Made by a program: the position numbers and the translations under genes. Below are positions 57,708-64,000 of a DNA stretch of 64,000 nt, piece by piece. Source of the DNA: Candidatus Poribacteria bacterium (GTDB lineage: Bacteria; Poribacteria; WGA-4E; WGA-3G); NCBI GenBank assembly GCA_965242965.1, contig OZ251518.1, positions 192,001-256,000 of the forward strand. The letters run 5' to 3'. Each line of letters starts with the position of its first letter. Position 1 is the stretch's first letter. Below the pieces are notes generated by a model, which saw only the letters and a list, made by a program, of their open reading frames with translations, ran no database searches and was not told where the DNA came from.

Positions 57708-58604
57708 CTAGAGAGCCAATCGGCCGGCGAGGTCTGCCACGAATTGATAGGCGACGCGTCCGGAACGTCCGCTTGAGGATGCTTCCCACTCCAATGCGGC
57801 GCGCCGTAACTCCACCGGCGGAACGGAAATGCCCCGTTTTTGTGCGTAATGCGAAACGATTTGTAAATAGGTATCCTGCGAAATCCGATAGAAAGCGAGG
57901 CGCAGACCGAACCGGTCGCTCAAGGAGACCTTCTCTTCGGTTGCCTCGCGCGGATATAATTCGTCTTCATCGTTCTGTGGATACTGATTTTCACGCACTT
58001 GTCGAGGCATCAAGTGCCGGCGATTGGAGGTGGCGTAAATCAGCACGTTATTGGGACAAGCGGCGATGCCGCCTTCCAGCATCGCCTTCAGTTCGCGATA
58101 TTCGGGTTCGTCTTCGTTAAACGCCAGGTCATCGCAGAAGAGGATGTATCGTTCCGGACGTTCCCACAGCAATTCGGCGATATCTTGCAGGTGCGCGAGC
58201 CCCTCTTTCCCGATGCCGATGAGACGGAGTCCGTCGTCAGCATAGCGCGCCAACATCGCTTTCACGAGAGAGGATTTGCCGGTGCCTCTGTCTCCCCAGA
58301 GTAGTGCGTGATTTGCGGGGAGTCCGCGTAGAAATTGCCGCGTATTCCGGTCTAACGCCGTGCATTGCGCTTCTATCCCGATGAGGTCTGCACTATCAAC
58401 GAGGTGCGGGTGTTTCACTGGCACGAGGGTTTGTGTCCGCCACCGAAAAGCAATGTAATCGTCAAGGCAGTTGTCTGCAATTGCGGTTTGCGCGTCCAAG
58501 CGGGTTAGCAAATTGTCCACTTTTTCCAGCAGTTGCGTGAAAAGAGGGAGGATGTCCTGCATGTTCGGTGAAGGCGAAACTTCATGGTGTTTCTGTGTAG
58601 ACAT
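57708..58604 (-). CDS. DUF815 family AAA+ ATPase
   Basis: LLWGDRGTGKSS, ILFCDDL, YATSNRRHL, EEKVSLSDRFGL and RSGRVA motifs. Confidence 0.92.
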   Translation of the reverse strand: MSTQKHHEVSPSPNMQDILPLFTQLLEKVDNLLTRLDAQTAIADNCLDDYIAFRWRTQTLVPVKHPHLVDSADLIGIEAQCTALDRNTRQFLRGLPANHALLWGDRGTGKSSLVKAMLARYADDGLRLIGIGKEGLAHLQDIAELLWERPERYILFCDDLAFNEDEPEYRELKAMLEGGIAACPNNVLIYATSNRRHLMPRQVRENQYPQNDEDELYPREATEEKVSLSDRFGLRLAFYRISQDTYLQIVSHYAQKRGISVPPVELRRAALEWEASSSGRSGRVAYQFVADLAGRLAL

Positions 58605-58610
58605 CGTTGA

Positions 58611-58796
58611 CTATCGTTCCTCTCGCCTACTGAAAACTTGTTTCAGCCATTCGGTGAGTTCATCATCCCTAGCAATTGCTCTCAACAGCCAAAGCCCGCC
58701 TAGTCTGACTCCCCATGCTATGCTGAGGATAATGAAAATTGTCACCATAACTGAGCTTAAGAATACCTGAAGCAGGAATCTCAATATCATTTCCAT
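58611..58796 (-). CDS. small single-TM hypothetical protein
   Basis: 61 aa, hydrophobic N-half; GAGG RBS; upstream TTGACA-18-TAAAAT (58859-58830); 6-bp gap to the DUF815 gene. Confidence 0.5.
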   Translation of the reverse strand: MEMILRFLLQVFLSSVMVTIFIILSIAWGVRLGGLWLLRAIARDDELTEWLKQVFSRREER

Positions 58797-58974
58797 GTCA
58801 CAAAACCTCATAGTTCAGCTATTTAGTGCATTTTACCACATTTTGGGGAAATCTGTCAAACAAATTTTATTTTTCGTTTAAATTGCCCGACATCGTGCAG
58901 TCTCAAACTGAATTTGTCCGTTTCCGTGCAAATATCGCCGCGTTTTGCGGTTATGGGGTTGGCATATAAATTGC

Positions 58975-59160
58975 TGAAAGTGTTTCATAAATCGCTCCAC
59001 GTCGCGGAGACAGGCCCCGCGATACGGTGAAAAAAACACCTCTCCTTCACGTAGGGCAAGGGCCTTTCCCTCGCCATGCTGCGATCGCGGGGGACAGGCC
59101 CCCGCGCTACGGTAAAAAACGGTTTTCTTCACCGTAGGGCGAGGGCCTGTCCCTCGCCAT
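58975..59160. repeat. REP block starting with TIR variant TGAAAGTGTTTCATA
   Basis: Alternating inverted GACAGGCCCC..CTAC and GTAGGGC.AGGGCC..CCCTCGCC modules; similar to 62085-62232. Confidence 0.85.
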
Positions 59161-59218
59161 TGTTCCGCGCGCCAGACCGCTTTCAAGAAAACATTTCCGA
59201 AAAGAGAGGAGCTCACTC

Positions 59219-61987
59219 ATGAAAACACCGCAACTTTCCATCTTCACGCTATTAGCAATTCTTACCGTGCTGCTGCCAACTGACGCTGCGGATTATACAC
59301 GTTATACACAGTGGCAATTGCCGGAAAGTGCCACCGCGCGCATCGGTAAAGGCATTATACGGGACATTGCCTACTCTCCCGATGGCACCCGGCTCGCTGT
59401 CGCAACAACTATCGGCGTTTGGCTTCACGATGCACGGACATACCAAGAAGTAGCCCTGATTTCGATACGTTCGCTCACAGCGATGGTATTCTCTCCAGAT
59501 GGGAGGATGCTCGCGACGGCGCATTACGGTAATCCTATCCAGATCTGGTCTGCACGTTCCGGGCAGAGTCTCGCGACGTTCACCGGGTATGTCAGCGATG
59601 TGAACGCGCTCGCCTATTCTCCTGATGGCGAGACGCTGGCTGTCGCAGATGCTTCGGAAATCCTGCTGTGGAATGCCAAAACGGGCAAACAGCGCGCCGT
59701 GCTGCAGGGAGGTGCAAAAGCCATCGCCTTCTCGCCAGATGGAGACACTTTATTCAGCGTCGGTGAGGACAAAACGATTCGACACTGGGATGCAGGCACA
59801 GGCGAAGCCTTGGATGTCACTGAGATAAAGTTAGGCAAGATATCTGATATCGCGTTCTCGCCAGATCGAACCCTCCTTGCCAGTAGCGAGTTTAACGCCA
59901 ACATAATTGAATGGTGGACTGTGCGAACAGGACAGCGTCAAGCAGTTCTCAAAGGACCTGAGCGGCATGTCGATTCCATTCAGTTCTCACCCGATAGCCG
60001 CTTATTCGCCAGCGCAGGAAGTAGATGGGACGATGTTGTGTCTGAAGATGTAGGCGAGATTCGGGTATGGAATGCCTACACGGGTGAACCCCACGTAACG
60101 CTTGGTGGACATCAGCGGTGGGTAAACTCCCTCGCGTTTTCACCGGATAGCAAAACGCTTGTCAGTGCAAGTTCAACCGAGGTGTTGTTATGGGATACAC
60201 AGACGTGGCAATTGCAAGATACGCAAGACCGGTTTCAAGGACATACGCGATGGGTTGAGTCCCTGGCGTTCTCACCAGATAGTGCCATGCTTGCAAGCGG
60301 CATTGGGAACGAAATCTGGCTGTGGAACGCACAAACTGGACGACTACAAAATATCCTCGCTGACCACTGGTTAACCGTTGAGTCGTTAGCGTTCTCACCA
60401 GATGGACAGCTACTTGCCAGTGCGAGTATAGAAGAAATTACATTACAAGACCTCGCGACCGGACGATATGTCCCTTGGATTAGACTGCGCGGTAACTGGA
60501 ATTCCCCTGTCGTATTCTCACCGAATGGACAAACGCTTGCGATGCGGAGATTCCACGGGCCAATCTGGCTGCGGGATGTAAAGACCGGAGAGTTGCAGGT
60601 TATCCTTGAAGAGGATAACTATTCGGTTGATGCCCTAGTCTTTTCGTCCGATGGCAAAACCCTTGCTGGCACAGGCAGAGATGGAAATGTTTGGCTGTGG
60701 GATGCTGAGACCGGTAAACGCCACGATACACTCTATGGACACAGGAAGCCGTGCTATAGTCTAGCCTTCTCGCCGGATGGGAAAACCCTCGCCAGTTGTA
60801 GCGAAGATTGGACGATTCGGTTGTGGAACGTAGCGAATGTAAAAGATGGCCGTTTCAGAAGTTTCCTGCGGGGACATAGCGATGCAGTCCTCTCTGTCGC
60901 CTTTTCGCCGGATGGGCGGTTACTCGCCAGCGGGAGTGTCGATGGAACAGTCAGGTTATGGGATACAGATTCGTTTCGGCACCGTGCTACGCTGAGTGGA
61001 CAGTCAGACAGTGTCACTTCTGTCGCCTTCTCCCCCGATGGCCGCACGCTTGCGAGTGGCAGTGGGGATGGCACGATTCTTTTATGGGAAGTGCCACCGT
61101 CGCCTGCTGCTTTTGTTCGCATTGAACCTTCCCATATAGCGGCACCACCAATTGGCGAGTTCCTCCATGTCAACGTGAACATCTCCGGTGGAAAAAATGT
61201 GCGCGGCTATCAACTCACCGTGCAGTTTGAACCCGCTTTGCTGCGTTACGTTTCTAGCACCAACGGCGACTATTTGCCCGGTGACGCGTTTTTTGTCCCG
61301 CCGATTGTGAAGGGTGAGCAGGTAACCCTTATCTCAACTTCGCCAGCCGGTGTCGGCGACGGTGATGGAACCCTTGCCACGCTCACGTTTGAGGTAATCG
61401 GCAGAAAAATGTCAGCGTTGACGCTTTCAGAAGTTCTCCTCTCTGACAGCGCGGGCAAAACTTCAGAATCCTTTGTCCAAAACGGATGGCTGCTTGAACC
61501 TCCCTGGGATCTGAATTTTGATGGTGTCGTGAACGTTCAGGATTTGGCAATCGTTGCGGCGCATTTCGGGGAGACGAACGCGGGCGCGGCAGATGTCAAT
61601 CAAGATAACATTGTTGACATCCGCGATCTCGTCATCGTTGCCAGTGGGTTAGATATCGCAGTAGGTGCGGCACCTGAGCCGTTTTTACTGCCCACGGCAA
61701 CTGTCCTATTGCCAAACTATCCGAATCCGTTTAATCCGGAAACGTGGATCCCGTATCGGTTAGCAATCGGTGGGGATGTGACGCTGACGATTTATGATGT
61801 CCACGGAAAAACTGTCCGGCAATTTACGCCGGGTTACCAACCTGCCGGTGCTTATCAACGCCGAAGCCGGGCGGCGTATTGGGATGGGAAAAATGAACTC
61901 GGTGAGCCGGTCGCGAGTGGTGTCTATTTTTATACTCTGACGACAGCGGATTTCAGTGCAACGCGAAAGATGTTGATAAGGCGATGA
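59219..61987 (+). CDS. secreted WD40-repeat protein with cohesin, dockerin and C-terminal FlgD-Ig/T9SS-like domain
   Basis: Signal peptide; ~14 WD40 repeats; GYQLTVQF...GDGTLATLTFEV (cohesin); DLNFDGVVNVQDL / DVNQDNIVDIRDL (dockerin); NYPNPFNPETWIPY...SGVYFYTL...RKMLI. Confidence 0.9.
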   Translation: MKTPQLSIFTLLAILTVLLPTDAADYTRYTQWQLPESATARIGKGIIRDIAYSPDGTRLAVATTIGVWLHDARTYQEVALISIRSLTAMVFSPDGRMLATAHYGNPIQIWSARSGQSLATFTGYVSDVNALAYSPDGETLAVADASEILLWNAKTGKQRAVLQGGAKAIAFSPDGDTLFSVGEDKTIRHWDAGTGEALDVTEIKLGKISDIAFSPDRTLLASSEFNANIIEWWTVRTGQRQAVLKGPERHVDSIQFSPDSRLFASAGSRWDDVVSEDVGEIRVWNAYTGEPHVTLGGHQRWVNSLAFSPDSKTLVSASSTEVLLWDTQTWQLQDTQDRFQGHTRWVESLAFSPDSAMLASGIGNEIWLWNAQTGRLQNILADHWLTVESLAFSPDGQLLASASIEEITLQDLATGRYVPWIRLRGNWNSPVVFSPNGQTLAMRRFHGPIWLRDVKTGELQVILEEDNYSVDALVFSSDGKTLAGTGRDGNVWLWDAETGKRHDTLYGHRKPCYSLAFSPDGKTLASCSEDWTIRLWNVANVKDGRFRSFLRGHSDAVLSVAFSPDGRLLASGSVDGTVRLWDTDSFRHRATLSGQSDSVTSVAFSPDGRTLASGSGDGTILLWEVPPSPAAFVRIEPSHIAAPPIGEFLHVNVNISGGKNVRGYQLTVQFEPALLRYVSSTNGDYLPGDAFFVPPIVKGEQVTLISTSPAGVGDGDGTLATLTFEVIGRKMSALTLSEVLLSDSAGKTSESFVQNGWLLEPPWDLNFDGVVNVQDLAIVAAHFGETNAGAADVNQDNIVDIRDLVIVASGLDIAVGAAPEPFLLPTATVLLPNYPNPFNPETWIPYRLAIGGDVTLTIYDVHGKTVRQFTPGYQPAGAYQRRSRAAYWDGKNELGEPVASGVYFYTLTTADFSATRKMLIRR

Positions 61988-62003
61988 ACCTAGATGTTTT
62001 TCA

Positions 62004-62356
62004 CGTAGGGCGAGGGCCTGTCCCTCGCCATGCACCGATCGCGGGGGACACCCGCTCGGATGCGCGTATGGCATCCGAGCCCCCCCGCGCTACGGTGAAA
62101 AAAACGCCTCTCCTTCACGTAGGGCGAGGGCCTGTCCCTCGCCATGCAGCGATCGCGGGGGACAGGCCCCCGCGCTACGGTAAAAAACGGTTCTCTTCAC
62201 CGTAGGGCGATGGGAAAACAGGTCCCTCGCCATGCGTTTTGCTGGCAGACCGCATCACCTTTGTAGTTCGGGATCAGGCGCTCCCGAACTACAGAGGCGG
62301 GCATCGCTCGTACTGAGAACGGGACGGCGCGCCAACGGATTTATGAAACACCCTCA
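62004..62356. repeat. Composite REP block ending in TIR (62342-62356)
   Basis: Several GTAG modules; TATGAAACACCCTCA. Confidence 0.88.
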
Positions 62357-62430
62357 ATTTAGTGACTTTAGGCTCCTCCGTACGAAAAAAGCCACTATTG
62401 GCAAAATGCAACAGTGGCTTAAGAACGAAT

Positions 62431-63057
62431 TTATTGCGATTCAACGATTCCCAATCTCCTGAGTTCCTTGAGAGTCTCAAGAGATTCTTGGTTGGCAGGA
62501 TGGGGAAAGAAGCGCACCATTCCCTCCATGTGAGTTATCTGCTCGTCGATCGTCAGACGCTCATGCCTATTGGCTCTCAAATCCAACTCAATAAAGGAGA
62601 TGACTTTAGGCGTTGCACCATATTCCTCAATTAGTTGAGTATGTATGGCTCCAATCTGCGTCATAAAATCTTTCTGACCATTCTGTTTTTCCGGCGTTGA
62701 CTCGTGCTGTTGCCGCAGGGTGTCCTCATGCACGTGCGTATCGGCCGGGGTGTGAGAATGAACATCATTATCCGCCCAGTCGTAGTTATCCAGCATAGGC
62801 GGCGTATTTTCTACATTCTCTTCAGGAACCTGGTCTTCAAGCGTTTCGGGGACAGGCTCAGGCTGCCCATCAGTGTCCTGAGCGGGTAATCCTGTTTCCT
62901 GCGTCGTGCCTTGCGGCACATTGTTAATAGGTTTCTCTACGGTGCGCGGAACTTGTGGGAGACTCTCGTCAAATGCCCTTTTTTCCCGCTCAAAGTAAAT
63001 CATCCATCCGGCTAACATGAGTAGGCAGGCGATACAGGCTACGATAATATGTCGCAT
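62431..63057 (-). CDS. hypothetical single-pass membrane protein (paralog of 11424-12164)
   Basis: N-terminal TM then EKRAFDESLPQVP; acidic linker; LIEEYGATPKV...FFPHPANQE. Confidence 0.78.
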   Translation of the reverse strand: MRHIIVACIACLLMLAGWMIYFEREKRAFDESLPQVPRTVEKPINNVPQGTTQETGLPAQDTDGQPEPVPETLEDQVPEENVENTPPMLDNYDWADNDVHSHTPADTHVHEDTLRQQHESTPEKQNGQKDFMTQIGAIHTQLIEEYGATPKVISFIELDLRANRHERLTIDEQITHMEGMVRFFPHPANQESLETLKELRRLGIVESQ

Positions 63058-63076
63058 ATCAGAATCCTTTTAGAGG

Positions 63077-63266
63077 AGGTGTAGGCAATGTAATTGCCTA
63101 CACCTAATCCGGTCTAGATACGGTGGCTTCCCCTACGGGAATGCATCGCGATTCGGAGGGCGCGCCGGCCTATTGCATCGAGACCAGGAGGTCTCTCCTA
63201 CCGGAAAGGCATTGAGACCGGGAGGTCTCTCCTACTGGGAAGCCATTGAGTTATGAAACACCCTCA
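63077..63266. repeat. Hairpin plus REP block ending in TIR (63252-63266)
   Basis: AGGTGTAGGCAAT-GTA-ATTGCCTACACCT 13-bp stem; GAGACC(A/G)GGAGGTCTCTCCTAC x2. Confidence 0.8.
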
Positions 63267-63268
63267 TA

Positions 63269-64000
63269 TTACTGAGATGCTCCGACGTTGACGTAATCGC
63301 CGCGCAGCTCAAAGAAATGTATGGTTTCTCGACTTGTCCGGTTTGGCAGGTCAAGATTAATCGCTCGCGGTCCTTCTAAGGTATGATAAAGGTTCGCGTC
63401 TTCCATGCTGGCGAATTCAAATTCAACGTATCGGTGCGGCGATTCCCCGTAGTAGTTATCATAGGAGGCTATCCGCTGCACCTGCTCAGGTTCAGAGAGT
63501 TCGGGCGCGATAGTGGCTACCCAATCCAGATAAGCGTCTTTGCCGCCCAGCGGGTAATCGATTAAGTAAACCACCTTAATCGTGCGTTCCGGGCCTAGCC
63601 TCTCTGCGTAATCCGAACGTTGGATGAGCACGTGATTGCTTGATTCACTACTCTGGTCTGGCAGTGCCTCAAAGACCGCGGCGATTTCCGGTCTGTTCAT
63701 ATATGTCATCGCATCGACGAAACTCGCGAATTCAAATTCAACGAGCCGATGTGGATTCACACCGTAATAGTTATCGTAGGATGCGACTCGCTGCAGTTCT
63801 TCGGGTGCAGAGAGTGCCTCGGAAACGGACGCAACCCACTCAAGGTATGCGTCTTTTCCGCCGAGCGGATAATTAATGAGCCACACCAATTTTACTGGCG
63901 TTGCCTCCATCTCCGGCGCAGCGGATTCTTCAACAATCGGATTCGCCGGTGGCATCGTCACGCCTGTGATGACCTGTTGTGCTGAATCACAGCCGACGAA
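63269..64000 (-). CDS. lipoprotein with two tandem dimeric alpha/beta-barrel (EthD-like) domains; 5' end outside the window
   Basis: Frame open to 64000, reading FVGCDSAQQ (lipobox); internal repeat YPLGGKDAYL.WVA...ASYDNYYG..PHR.VEFEFAS x2. Confidence 0.75.
   Translation of the reverse strand, partial: FVGCDSAQQVITGVTMPPANPIVEESAAPEMEATPVKLVWLINYPLGGKDAYLEWVASVSEALSAPEELQRVASYDNYYGVNPHRLVEFEFASFVDAMTYMNRPEIAAVFEALPDQSSESSNHVLIQRSDYAERLGPERTIKVVYLIDYPLGGKDAYLDWVATIAPELSEPEQVQRIASYDNYYGESPHRYVEFEFASMEDANLYHTLEGPRAINLDLPNRTSRETIHFFELRGDYVNVGASQ

Noticed and set aside
1-64000. tRNA, rRNA, tmRNA or riboswitch
   Set aside because: No recognisable cloverleaf, T-loop or rRNA signature by eye; the intergenic hairpins are explained by the repeat families. 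A formal Infernal/tRNAscan run was not possible.

Overview
64-kb bacterial chromosomal window of moderately high GC. The gene content most resembles Candidatus Poribacteria (my inference, from the WD40/cohesin/dockerin proteins with an NYPNPFNPETWIPY tail, secreted proteins ending in PVEPxxKxxTTWxxxK, and a PhyH dioxygenase). Housekeeping and metabolic genes include argB, an actinobacterial-type sdh operon, rho-rpmE-prfA-prmC, dacB, a thiolase and a lactonase. Accessory content is substantial: three tandem cytoplasmic WD40 genes, a defence island (GIY-YIG nuclease, Rpn nuclease, DUF1156 methylase, HEPN-DUF499 ATPase), an Mrr-like nuclease, and the 5' end of a type ISP/IIG-like R-M gene. Three observations stand out. 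(1) A cholera/pertussis-toxin-like ADP-ribosyltransferase plus a small partner gene, with their own promoter, sit between the membrane and flavoprotein genes of the sdh operon. (2) An Rpn gene with an intragenic RBS/ATG is followed by a second, stand-alone and swappable copy of its C-terminal antitoxin module. (3) About 8.5 kb (~13%, hand-summed) of intergenic DNA is built combinatorially from many GTAG-footed REP-like hairpins with compensatory stem changes, often packaged between a 15-bp terminal inverted repeat (TGAGGGTGTTTCATA), sometimes flanked by 30-38-bp duplications of host sequence, and supplying stop codons to neighbouring genes. I found no rRNA, tRNA, CRISPR array or transposase. 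All functional calls are from motif recognition by eye, not database searches.
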